A DNA stretch of 45,383 nucleotides, taken from the NCBI RefSeq assembly GCF_001194135.2, contig NC_068990.1, positions 43,889,885 through 43,935,267 of the forward strand, read 5' to 3'. The notes under the pieces were generated by a model. That model did not search any database and was not told the DNA's origin. It saw only the letters and a list, made by a program, of their open reading frames with translations. Made by a program: the position numbers and the translations under genes. Shown piece by piece: positions 9,831 through 21,802 of the stretch. The DNA is from Octopus bimaculoides (lineage: Eukaryota). Positions within the stretch are counted from its first letter, which is position 1; each line of letters opens with the position of its first letter.

Positions 9831-10406
9831 GATGGCTACAAACTCGTGTTCGAGTATTGTCATCGCCTGATCGGAAGTCCCACACGTGCTAAGACTACGA
9901 CCAGCCATTTTTGTGACAGTTCTTACTTTTCTCAAGCAATGCCTGTGCATGATGATTTTTTTCTAGAGAGGAAAGGATTTGCACAAATCCAATCCCACTC
10001 TCTGAACATGGACAACATAAACTCGAAAAGAAGAACTTGTCTACATCATCGAATATTGTCAGTGTCGCAGGTTTTCTCTCAGAGTTTCCCTCTCCTAGAG
10101 AGATGCTGTGACAACAATAGAGAGGCTTCCCACTCCCAGTGGACCAACCGTGCGTCTGGACACCAGCACAGATATTTCCACGTACCCGCACATGCATACA
10201 CATGTACACATTGTTGGATGGCCGTTGATGGCTCATGAGCTCTTCCGCCCTTTGACAGTTCTTATTTTTCGTCCTGCAGAGTGTCCAACAACCACCCTCC
10301 TCACAAAGCAAGCTTGATGGGGTAGCCAGTTTAGTCGCCGACGACCCGACCATGCAGCAGGTTGTACTGGGTGACATGTTATCAATAGCGCCCAAGAGCG
10401 ACCTGA
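9830..10406 (-). mobile_element. Probable 5' UTR and ORF start of a non-LTR retrotransposon (RTE- or R4-type)
   Basis: GC-richer island between two (TACA)n tracts. Minus strand tctaggagagggaaactctga resembles a motif recalled from RTE/R4 5' UTRs. Candidate ORF start MAGRSLSTCGTSDQ. HDV-like fold at its 5' end. Confidence 0.45.
10326..10392 (-). ncRNA. Candidate degenerate HDV-like self-cleaving ribozyme
   Basis: P2 ccagt/actgg, P3 acc/ggt, gg followed by J4/2 aCtaa. P1 ggcgct/ggtcgtc is imperfect and L3 is non-canonical. Confidence 0.35.
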
Positions 10407-10459
10407 CATATATACATACATACATACATACATACATACATACATACATACATACATGC

Positions 10460-11497
10460 ATAACGCAGTGCTGAAAAGTGAAGGGAGCAACATTGTACGA
10501 GTTGGAAGTGAGCTCCTCAAGAAGCATACTCTTCCTGATGATCTATACAGCCCCAAAATAGCTGGACTCTCTTACCCCAGAGAAGACCTGGATGGAAAGC
10601 ACTCAGCATACAAAAAAAAAAGTCTCTGCAAGGTATGTTGCCCGGAAGTTTGAAGAAGACAGTAGAATTGACACGAAGCGCAGCCTCTCTTGGGAACAAG
10701 ACCACTACATCACATCACACTTTGAAGGCTACGCTTTTGCAACCCAGGAACAGGAGATTGCCTCAAAGTACCTGGTGAACAAGAGAGACAGTGACGCTCT
10801 TGTAATCCCAAGGTACAACTGCATGTGTATGCTATGTGATGCTTCAGTGGAAGACATCATGCATGTGATAACAGCTGTCCTAAAATGTCGTCACTGTTCT
10901 ACCTCCCTATGCGGCACGATGTTGTCGCTAAAACAATTAACAATGCCATCCACAAAAAGACTATCCTGAAATAATATAGGAAATCCCTCTGTTATGGAAT
11001 ACATTCATAAACACCAACTCAAGGAATACTAGTAGAATATTCCCATCAAAACTTCTGTCAAATGTAAACATAACAGGTCGGACATTGTTGTTTGGGACAG
11101 AGGGACAAAGGTATGTACCGTCATAGAGGTTAGCTGTCCTGCGGATATAAATATCTCTTTGAAAATCAAAGAAAAAGAGGATATCTATGGATAACTGCTT
11201 CGAAACCCCCAGCTTATATATCCAGACTACGAATTCATATTGGAGCACTAGGTTTTGTTGATAACTGCTTAAAGGAGAATCTGGATAAACTGGGATTTTC
11301 AGAAAGAGAAATCGACCGGCTAACTCGTACATTACATGTGCTATCTATGAGTGGAACAGTAAAAATATGCAAGACTTTTCTCAAGTTCCTAATGTGAATT
11401 AGTCTGTGTTACTACATCCCAAAGATGGAGCCTTGTATCTTTGTTGGTAACCGGCTCCCTCCTCAGTGGAAGATTTATAATAACTAAAAACTAGAAG
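10460..11497 (+). mobile_element. 5'-truncated R4-clade-like RLE non-LTR retrotransposon embedded in (TACA)n
   Basis: Frameshifted peptides SHFEGYAFATQEQEI; CCHC knuckle CMLC..VEDIMHVI..CPK; LPMRHDVVAK; HNRSDIVVWD..VIEVSCPAD..KEKEDIYG (PD-(D/E)xK type); ends SGTVKICKTFLKFLM* at ~11397, then ~100-nt 3' UTR and acatacatac. Confidence 0.85.
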
Positions 11498-11596
11498 AGA
11501 CATACATACATACATACATACATATACACATAATACATACACACATACATTCATACATACATACATACGTATAAACACATACACACACATATATAT

Positions 11597-11760
11597 AGGA
11601 CGAGCTTCCTCACAGTTTCCGTCTACCAAATTCACTCACAAGGTATTGGTCGGCCCGCGGCTATAGTAGAAGATATTTACCCAAGGTCACCCGCGGTAGG
11701 ACCGAAACCCAAACCACATGGTTGCAAAACAAGATTCTTAACCACACAACCATGCCTGCG
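11597..11760 (-). mobile_element. SINE family A 5' half; partner of 9300-9515
   Basis: gacgagcttcctcacagtttccgtctaccaaattcactcacaagg...ttaaccacacaaccatgcctg. Confidence 0.75.
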
Positions 11761-12121
11761 ACTAGTTATTTCATATGAGTTACACGGCTAATTAACCGAA
11801 GAGGACTTTTAAGCTGCATCAGATATTATGAGAACCTCAACAGCAGACAGAATGTTTTCCTCATTGAAAATGTCATAGTTACGGTTTTTAATTATTTGCT
11901 CGATGTAACTTGAAGTGGAAGTTTGTATGAAGAAGTCTTCTCTAGCAATTTCCATTACGAATTGTTGAACATAGATTTATGTCGACGACTTCGGCTATTG
12001 TTGCTACTGCTGCAGTCAATGCCATGTAGGTCATTTCCTTCTAGCACCGAGAAACACACAAACACACACACTGTGTGTATGTGTGTATATGTCTACAGAA
12101 AAATAGATAGATAGATAGATC

Positions 12122-12905
12122 TTCATGTTTCAGTCATTTGACTGCGGTTATGCTGGATCAACGCCTTGAAAAAGTTTTAGTCAAACAAATCGGTACCAGG
12201 GCTTATCTTTTTTAAGCCTGGTACTTATTCCATCAGTTTCTTTTGCTAAGTTACGGGGACGTAAACACACCAACACCAGTTGTCAAGTGGTGGTGGTGGA
12301 GTGGGGCAAACATGGACACAAAGACATATAGATATATACATATATAGATATATACATATATAGATATATACATATATATATACAGGTACCGAACCTCTTA
12401 TCCGGCAACCTTGGGATCGGAGGTGGTCCGGATTTCTAGATTTTCCGGATTTCTGGACACAGGCTAAATATATACCGAAAATGTAAAATAAACAACGAAT
12501 AGTAAAGAACAAAATTGTATAACATATACAAAATAATAAATGTCTAAAGCAGTCACATAGGAACTGGCGTCGTGTGACGCATACGCCACGGAAACCAAGA
12601 CAAAGCGGCCATGCGACGAACTACTACAGCCTACGAAATTCAAAGCTAGTCAATTTCAAAAATAGCCGGATTTTTGGTAATTCCGGATTTCTGGTAATTC
12701 CGGATTCCTGGATTCCGGATAAGAGTTTCGGTACCTGTACATATATATGACAGGCTTCTTTTCAGTTTCTGTCTACCAAATCCACTCACAAGACCTTAGT
12801 CGACCCGAGGCTATAGAAGAAGACACTTGCCCAAGGTACCATGTAATGGGATGAGAACCCAGATCCATGTGACTGGGAAGCAAGTTTCTTACTACACAGC
12901 CACAC
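12122..12905 (-). mobile_element. SINE family A, full length, interrupted by a MITE
   Basis: 3' half at 12122-12330 and 5' half at 12745-12905 flank the internal (TA)n that holds the MITE. Confidence 0.8.
12383..12737. mobile_element. Complete Tigger/pogo-like MITE, 355 bp, TA TSD
   Basis: TA|caggtaccgaacctcttatccgg ... ccggataagagtttcggtacctg|TA: 23-bp TIR with one mismatch, plus repeated ccggatt subterminal motifs. Confidence 0.9.
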
Positions 12906-13155
12906 ATATCTCTAGACCTACACGATGACGCATGGAGCCAACAAGAGGCGGTTTTAGCCGGTTCATCGGTCCCGGGCCCGAAAAGCTAAGGAAGGACACG
13001 TGACTCCGAGTTGAAACCTCCATTAAAATTTTTAAAAATCAAAAAAAAGAAAAGAAAAGAAAAAGTCCCCCTTGTATTTTTAAGAGAACTCTCCCTCCTT
13101 AGACTCAAAATTGTTTTGTTTCACCTCGTCAAATTTCGTTTGGTGGCCCTGATCA

Positions 13156-13191
<36 letters not shown>

Positions 13192-13579
13192 TAAAACAAT
13201 CATTTCTTTCTTACACTCATTGGGAAGAACAATTATCATCTTCCACATAATTCCATCCTAGAAGAATTGTCTTGAGAAAACGTTCAGTAACAGTAGCGAG
13301 AAATCTTTTAGGTGAAGATTGATGTATTAAAAAACTACGTTCTAGAAGCTGACCATTGCAGACAATAAAGCAGACGATTTGGTTTCCTTTCATTTACCTC
13401 TGTCTCTCTCTTTTCCCTTCTTTCTCCCTTTACCTCTTTATCTTTAGATATAATTATCTTTCTCCCTCCCTACCCTACACTCTTTCTTTCTCCCTCTCTC
13501 TCTGTTTCTATATCTCTATCTCTTTATTCATCTATGCTTTCTAACGATCTATCGACCTGTCTATTTGTCTGACTAGGCT

Positions 13580-13607
13580 ATGCGTGTGTGTGTGTGTGTG
13601 TGTATGC

Positions 13608-13641
<34 letters not shown>

Positions 13642-13880
13642 ATATGTGTGTGTGTGTGTGTGTGAGTGTTTGAAGTTCACCTTATATTTAAAGAATTTCC
13701 ATGATCTTATCACGCATTTGTATTTATTTGTAACTAAATCCATTAGAGTGACGTTTCGATATTTCCCGATATGATTTTCAACATAAACAAACTTACAAAC
13801 ATACATACATATACACATACATACATTACGATATCATTTCAAAATAAACATATACATACATACATACATACATACATAAT
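13580..13880. repeat. (TG)n and (TACA)n microsatellites
   Basis: (TG)n at 13580-13665 and (TACA)n at 13797-13878. Confidence 0.9.
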
Positions 13881-14169
13881 ACCCTGTTGTTGATGGTGAA
13901 ATTCCGATGAAGACTCTTTCTCTATTGGCTAGATATCTTGAAATAAAACTGAACAATGATATTCATATATACACTCACACACTCGCGTGCGCATATATGA
14001 ATTTCTATTCGCATAGTGTTGTGCATAAAGAATATATTTTTTAGTTAATGACGAGCCATCAAATGCGAAAATATGCAAATTAAGCTATCCAATAATGAGC
14101 TAGCCTAATTTACGACTGTTTATTTTTTATATACCGGAATATTCTATGCTATGGATTGGAGTTAAACAT

Positions 14170-14590
14170 GTACGTCTTCTATGAAGTGCGATTAACAACT
14201 TTTTAAACATTCGTAAGTTTATGACTGCAGGAAAAACATGAACAGGAGATGACTGAAGATGACTGACGCCCTAGACAGAGTGGTGGAGGGAAAGATTGGG
14301 CGAAAATGGTCAGTGCTGATCCTGGGTGGCGAGAAGAAGCGAGAGGGAATAAATCAGTGGGCTGGGATGGAAGTGGCATGATATCATCCAAATCTGAGCA
14401 ATAGAAGCCACATTGCTGTATCGGTAGCTAAGGCTGAGAGAGGACACAGCTCGTCTGTGAGTCAGTGTTTAGAGTGATGATTGTTGAGTGATTCTTCATG
14501 GTAATCAATTGAGTGACCTTTTTATGGTCAGTAGTGAGTGATGTTCATAGATGTAGCAATAGCAAGTCCCAGATATAGAAGTAAAATAAA
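14170..14590 (-). mobile_element. CR1/L2-group LINE, decayed RT C-terminal fragment
   Basis: Minus strand LTHRRAVSSLSLSYRY, IFAQSFPP, VHVFPAVINLRMFK. Likely the same family as 43370-43690. Confidence 0.65.
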
Positions 14591-14592
14591 GT

Positions 14593-14835
14593 TACCTTCT
14601 TGAATCATGCCGACTCACAAGGACCGGTTTTCCGGTTTCCATGGCGTATATCCTCTCCACCTGGAAGGGACGCCGGTCCGTTTCAGGATTACTCATTTTT
14701 GTCTGCTGAATGGACTGGAGCAACGTGAAATGAACTGTTTTGCTCAAGTCCACAACGCGTCACCCCGTCCAGAAATCGAAGCCATAATCTTAGGATCATG
14801 AGTTCAACACCCTAACCACTAAGCCACGCGCCTCT
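14593..14835 (-). mobile_element. SINE family B variant with a different 3' tail
   Basis: Head and ctggagcaacgtgaaat domain as in 1291-1598, but the tail is ccatggaaaccggaaaaccggtccttgtgagtcggcatgattcaagaaggtaa. Confidence 0.7.
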
Positions 14836-15019
14836 ACCGTCCTAAATACGAGATCAATACTCCAATGTAGGCCTTATTTGAGCATCGTTGATACATTTAA
14901 CTATCAAGCCAGATCTAGTCTGGCCCTATGCTCTCTGTTCCTGTAGCTTAAGACAAAATGCCACTAGAAACCAACTAAGTACTCATGGACAATACTGCTT
15001 TTAGCTCTATGGCTAGTAC

Positions 15020-15227
15020 AGCTGGTTACTCGGTTTCCATGGCGTATAAGTGACAGTGATTACTGCCTTCACGTCAGTCTGTCGCAGGTCATTCATTCAC
15101 TGCTGAGTGGACTATAGCAGCGTGAAATGAAGTCTTCCGCTGAAGAGCACAACTCACCGCCTGGTCCGAGAATCGAAATCACGATCTTGCGTGCAACACC
15201 TTAACCACTAGGCCACACGTCTTCACA
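15020..15227 (-). mobile_element. Degraded SINE family B variant
   Basis: Colinear with 14593-14835 (cggtttccatggcgtata...cgtgaaatgaa...taaccactaggccac). Confidence 0.6.
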
Positions 15228-15440
15228 ACGTATGGAAACCACAAATTATTTAATCAAAGCATAAGAGACATTTTAAGTATTCGGAACATGAATCTACTTG
15301 TGTACGTCCGAAATATATAATAAAGAAATAAATAAAAAGATGGTAAAAATGACAATTAGTTGACCAGAATTTATTGTCCTAATTTCCAAAGTAAATTTCA
15401 CCTTTTACAATTATTATTCGTAAGTCTTGTGTTCAACTTG

Positions 15441-15480
<40 letters not shown>

Positions 15481-16199
15481 ATTATTTCGTTCTAGAAACC
15501 TTTCATAGACATTTGAATTTACAGCACAGCAGCGAAACTAATCATCTCCATTACTTAACTCAATTAGTCACAATTAACGACTCTAGATTCGTTTACTTTT
15601 CATCCATTCTGCAGTCCTAACGGTTTAATTTGTTCGTTATATTTTAGCATTTTCTGGAAGATTCAAGCAATAGAGTTGCAACGCTAATCAGATTTTCACA
15701 AAATTTTCTCATCGTTCAACGTGGATTATCTAGAAGTAATTTCATTTAGAAATTCGGCGAATTGATAAGTATTCATTTCACGATATCATGTGAGAAAATG
15801 TCTTGGATTATTCCCAAGCGAATCATCTTATCTGATATCATTATCCATGAACTTAAAATGAAGAACTAAAATAGTCTATGACTATCCATTAAACTGTTTG
15901 ATTTCTAATATTATTTATTTTAAAGCGTTGTCTACAATGGTTATTGTTGGTTCTTTTATTTTTCATTGGTCAACTTAGTGGTGTTTATCTGCATGTTTTC
16001 TGAAAATGATTATCTAAAACCGTTTAACTGTATAATTTTAATATCATTTTTCATTGGATAATTCAGTGGTTTTTCTGTCTCTGCTTGTTGATTACATAAA
16101 TGTATCCTGTGTGGCCAACTGACTACAACGTAGCACTCTTGATATTGCGATCGTGGTTTCCATTGTCAGACAGGTGCTATGTTGTGTTTTTGTAGATAT

Positions 16200-16778
16200 G
16201 AGTGACACATACAAACATTCACACATATATACATACATACATACACATATCTACATCTACGTATATGATATACATATATATATATGTATTTGTATACATA
16301 CATACATATTGATATGTATGTATATATGAACATACTACATATTAACCTCACACACACACACACATGTATGTATGTATGTATGTATTTATGTATGTATTTA
16401 TGTTATCAATCAGTTTCATTTCTGTATTTCTTGTCAATAGAGAAAGAGCCGGACTCTAAAATAGATTCAAGGCTCCTTCATTGGAACTTTTATCAACATC
16501 ATCTAGGTATTTGTGCATATGTGTGTGTGTGTGTGTGCAGTATTTGGTGTTAGTGTATGCGCAGGTATGTATGTATGTATGTATGATTGTATGTATGTAT
16601 GATTGTATGTATGTATGATTGTATGTATGTATGTATCTTATACGACGACAAAAGAAACTGGAACCAGAAATATGCAAAATTGTAAACATTGCATAGATTT
16701 GAACCTGTTTGTGTATGTATATGTATATGTGTGTCTATGTATTTGCATGAATAGTGTATACAAAGAAAGACAGGGAGG

Positions 16779-16838
<60 letters not shown>

Positions 16839-16853
16839 AATAGAGAGAGAGAG

Positions 16854-16939
<86 letters not shown>

Positions 16940-17410
16940 TGATGAATGATACTTCGTAATCGTTTTTACATATTTCTTTTTTACATTTTTCGCCCCAAAA
17001 TCCATTGTTTGTCTATCTGCTCGTTCTATGTTTTAAAACTGCAGCTAACCTTAGATAGGTTTCAGTCAGCCATAACTGAAGCTATCTATAATTATGTTAG
17101 AGTTGTAATTTAATTCTGTGGTTATTTATACACGAAAACGTGGAAAGACTTATCATATTGAGTAAATAAAAAGATGAAAAATAAAAACAATAAGCAAAGA
17201 ACAGGAAAATTTCGTATAATCTGTGGCACGATTATGTGTATAGCGCTGATGCAACACACACACACTCACACACACACATGTGAGTATATACACATTATTA
17301 TTTTAATATATATATATATGTATGCACTTACGTATTAATGTTACAGAATTGTTCTGCATCTCAGCTCGTACATACATATACACATGTATGTATGTATGTA
17401 TGTATGTATG

Positions 17411-17500
<90 letters not shown>

Positions 17501-17800
17501 TATAAATGTATGTATATATATATATAAATGCATATATATATGTATATATATAAATGTATATATGTATACAGACACAGACATACGCACACGCACACATATA
17601 GATAGATAGATAGATATGTACGTATATATATATATATATGCACGAAAAAATATATATAAATGTATATATACACATATGTATATAGATAAATAGACACATA
17701 GATATATATGTATACACACACACACACACAGACATATATATATAGATATACATACATACATGTATACACATGGATACTCGTACACACGCAGATATGCACA
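16200..17800. repeat. Microsatellite cluster: (TA), (TATG), (GA), (GATA), (CA)
   Basis: Seen directly. Long (GA)n at 16780-16937 and (TA)n at 17416-17497. Confidence 0.9.
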
Positions 17801-18132
17801 CATGGTGAAAAAACACAACCGCAAAGACGAGTAAAAGAAATCAGACCATTAGGAAAAAAATGTAAATAGAAGAAAAAAAATAAAAGATGTAAATGTTTGT
17901 AACTTTTCGAGCATTCCCTCTTCTTCTAAAAGATAAGATAGACAAATGAGAAAAGAATGGAGAATGAAAACTTGAGAAATAGAAACGCATGTTTATACAA
18001 CGGTCACAGCGTACTGTACATGTGTATTATGCGTGTGTGTGTGCTAGTATCTATATATGTATGTGCATAGACATGTACATATATATATATATACATACAC
18101 AATATGTGTGTGTGTGTGTGTATACATATACA

Positions 18133-18650
18133 CAGGCATGACAGAAGTAAATAGACACTCCATAAAACATCGTTTTATGTTTATTTTAACTTGAAACGGT
18201 TTATATTTTTTATTCATTGGCATTTTATGTTTCAGGTTCTATATGTGACTGTTTAATCATATCACGTACAAAAGAAGCCTTGAAACTGTCTGAATTTCAA
18301 AGAGGCCGTATTGTGAGTAAAATCTGAACGTGGACTAAGTCAGCATAAAATCACAGAAAACTTTAGGATCAATGTTTCTACAGTTAATAGAGTGATTGCG
18401 CAATTCATCAAGGAGAGGAAGGAGTCAGTCAATAACATCCCGTCCAAGTCGACCAGGGTTCTCTGACAGGACTCTTCGCTTTGTTAAGAGAGGTGTAGAG
18501 GATAATCGTCGTTGCAAGGCCTCTAACATAACAGAACAAGTTGATGTCAGTCCCAGAACAGCTGTCATGTTTCTCCACAAACTTGGCTACTATGGCAGAG
18601 CAGCAAGAAGGAAGCCACTTCTTAAACCAGCCACTGAACATTTTGCCCAG
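18133..18650 (+). pseudogene. Tc1-type transposon 5' end: left terminus plus N-terminal DNA-binding region, truncated before the DDE domain
   Basis: Starts caggcatgacagaagtaaatagacact beside a TA/CA run. Peptides LSEFQRGRIV, INVSTVNRVI, GVEDNRRCKAS..VSPRTAVMFLHKLGYYGRAARRKPLLKP. Confidence 0.8.
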
Positions 18651-18719
18651 AGCTCCCGCATAAAAGGATCTAAATGGACATAGTTTTTAATCTTTTTATA
18701 AAAGTGAAAGGATTTGTCT

Positions 18720-19500
18720 ATTTATTTATTTCGACTTTCCACCTGCAACGGTGATTAAATTGACTAGGAACATTGTACGCGATGAATATCCAATACCAAA
18801 TAAACTTAATCTCCTTATTTAAACTGCATTAAACTTGGACAAGCTTACCTTTACCTATTCTGAGTTACTTGAAAGGTGATGTTGCCTTCCCTCTCTTCTA
18901 TTTGTTGATACCTTTGTTTACCTACTAATGCGTTGTTTCACTTTAAGGATGCTTATTTACCCATCCATTATAATATTTCGACTGTTGTCCATTGTTTCAG
19001 CACGTTTTAGCATTGTCGTTCTAGCCTTTTTCAAACAATCACATATGATTTGTCCCAAAGAATCAACTTTTAAATAAGGGTTTTGCTTCCACTAACTAAA
19101 GCTATACATATCTTTCAGAAAGCTCCATACCAATTAAACTTTATGCAGCATTCGCTGTTAGTTTATGCGCAGACTATGTGGGAAAACAGAATAAAGGGGC
19201 TTTTGTTAGCTTATTTCTCCGAAGAAACAGCTCCCTTTGCTGTTGAAAAAAAAAAAACTCGAAGAAGGAAAGTTTCAACGTCTTCCTTCAATTTCCTTAC
19301 ACCATTTATGTAGTTGTTTCTGACAAGAAATTTCGCTTTCATGTAAAACAACTATATTTTGTAGTCATTATCCGTAATCTACTCCCAAAACACTTCAGTA
19401 GCTCTACTTTGCATCGCTTGCTAAAACCTCCACAATAACCAGCCTTCAATTTGATTTTCCGTTCCCAGGTTAATCGGAAACATAGATTGCCATGCTACAC
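18720..19500 (+). mobile_element. Possible heavily decayed CR1/L2-group LINE segment
   Basis: Only scattered peptides (YLKGDVAF, AIHIFQK) resemble the EN-RT linker of this group. Confidence 0.3.
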
Positions 19501-19585
19501 ATAAACATTCTCGGTAGTTCAATTATTTGGTGAAAAAATACCACCAAAGCAACTTAAACCGACCAAATGACGGGTGCATTTGTTA

Positions 19586-19617
<32 letters not shown>

Positions 19618-20531
19618 NNNNNNNNNNNNNNNNNNNNNNNNNNNNNNNNNNNNNNNNNNNNNNNNNNNNNNNNNNNNNNNNNNNNNNNNNNNNNNNNNNN
19701 NNNNNNNNNNNNNNNNNNNNNNNNNNNNNNNNNNNNNNNNNNNNNNNNNNNNNNNNNNNNNNNNNNNNNNNNNNNNNNNNNNNNNNNNNNNNNNNNNNNN
19801 NNNNNNNNNNNNNNNNNNNNNNNNNNNNNNNNNNNNNNNNNNNNNNNNNNNNNNNNNNNNNNNNNNNNNNNNNNNNNNNNNNNNNNNNNNNNNNNNNNNN
19901 NNNNNNNNNNNNNNNNNNNNNNNNNNNNNNNNNNNNNNNNNNNNNNNNNNNNNNNNNNNNNNNNNNNNNNNNNNNNNNNNNNNNNNNNNNNNNNNNNNNN
20001 NNNNNNNNNNNNNNNNNNNNNNNNNNNNNNNNNNNNNNNNNNNNNNNNNNNNNNNNNNNNNNNNNNNNNNNNNNNNNNNNNNNNNNNNNNNNNNNNNNNN
20101 NNNNNNNNNNNNNNNNNNNNNNNNNNNNNNNNNNNNNNNNNNNNNNNNNNNNNNNNNNNNNNNNNNNNNNNNNNNNNNNNNNNNNNNNNNNNNNNNNNNN
20201 NNNNNNNNNNNNNNNNNNNNNNNNNNNNNNNNNNNNNNNNNNNNNNNNNNNNNNNNNNNNNNNNNNNNNNNNNNNNNNNNNNNNNNNNNNNNNNNNNNNN
20301 NNNNNNNNNNNNNNNNNNNNNNNNNNNNNNNNNNNNNNNNNNNNNNNNNNNNNNNNNNNNNNNNNNNNNNNNNNNNNNNNNNNNNNNNNNNNNNNNNNNN
20401 NNNNNNNNNNNNNNNNNNNNNNNNNNNNNNNNNNNNNNNNNNNNNNNNNNNNNNNNNNNNNNNNNNNNNNNNNNNNNNNNNNNNNNNNNNNNNNNNNNNN
20501 NNNNNNNNNNNNNNNNNNNNNNNNNNNNNAT

Positions 20532-20560
<29 letters not shown>
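19586..20560. other. (TA)n-flanked gap (N 19618-20529)
   Basis: Seen directly. Confidence 0.95.
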
Positions 20561-20565
<5 letters not shown>

Positions 20566-21334
20566 ATGTACATATGTGTGTATGCATGTATGTATCTATG
20601 AATATATGCTTGTATATAATTCATGTTATTCGTGTAATTCTGTGTTTCTTGTTCCCAGTTACCGGGAAATTGGCGCAGTGGATATCTCCGGTCACATCAC
20701 ACCAAAAATATCAATTTCTGAACAGAAAAGAAAAGAAAAAAAACACAAAAAACCCCCCAAAAACACTTGAGAATTTTCGTAGAATTTCTACGTTTTCATA
20801 AAATGCTTATTCTGAGTAGAGTAGAACTTATAGAAAATATTGTTTTTGTACATATATTAGACTTATGAATGAAGACTTGGTATTTGAAAACAAGCAATTG
20901 AAGAATAGAATTTAGTAATGGAATTTGCAATAAAGAGCTTCTTCGAGTGTTGTTAAATGTAGCATATAATTTAATGTAGCTTCTATTTTGCTTGATTCAA
21001 CTTTTGCAAAAGGATACGTGGTTACTGAAATCATGTTTTGCGCTTTGCGACACATACACACACATACATATTATTATTATTATTATTATTATTATCAATA
21101 AATCATATTGTGTCTGGCTGCCGAGAGTGTGTTTTATTATTGTTGTTATTTCGCTTAGGCATAACGATACTAAATAACCTGATGTTAGAACTGAACATAC
21201 ATATGCTTCAGAACAAAGGCCAGTCGAGTACAGAACAGTTATGAGAAATGAAATAAATGACAAGGAAATAAGAAATTATGCTGTAAAGCTTATGAAGTTT
21301 GTGATTTATTTCTTATTCCTTTGCTCAATATATA

Positions 21335-21740
21335 TACTCTTTTACTCTTTTATTTGTTTCAGTCATTTGACTGTGGCCATGCTGGGGCACCACCTTTAGT
21401 CGAGCAAATCGACCCCTGGGCTTATTCATTGTAAGCCTAGTATTTATTCTATTGGTCTCTTTTGCCGAACCGCTAGAATAAGTAGACGTAAACACACCAG
21501 CATCGGTTGCCAAGCGATGTTGGGGGTACAAACACAGACATACAGACACACAGACAGACACACACACATACACACACGTATATATACGACGGGCTTTCAG
21601 TTTCCGTCTACCAAATCCACTCACGAGGCTTTTGTCGGCACGAGGCTGTATTAGAAGACACTTGCCCAAAGTGCCACACAGTGGGACTGAACCTGGAACC
21701 ATGTGGTTGGTAAGCAAGCTACTTACCACACAGCCACTCC
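21335..21740 (-). mobile_element. SINE family A, full length
   Basis: Colinear with 18-468, internal (CA)-rich tract at 21530-21585. Confidence 0.85.
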
Positions 21741-21802
21741 TTTCGAGTAAAACAACATGTTTTAAATCTCTGAGCGAGAAAAATAGAGTAACAGTATCGG
21801 AT

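Noticed and set aside
13735-13790. Minus-strand atcgaaacgtc, a hammerhead-like half
   Set aside because: The upstream core (ttgaaaa) is too degenerate and there are no stems.
15652-15739. AG..GT-bounded open frame HFLEDSSNRVATLIRFSQNFLIVQRGLSR
   Set aside because: No recognisable homology; such frames are expected by chance.
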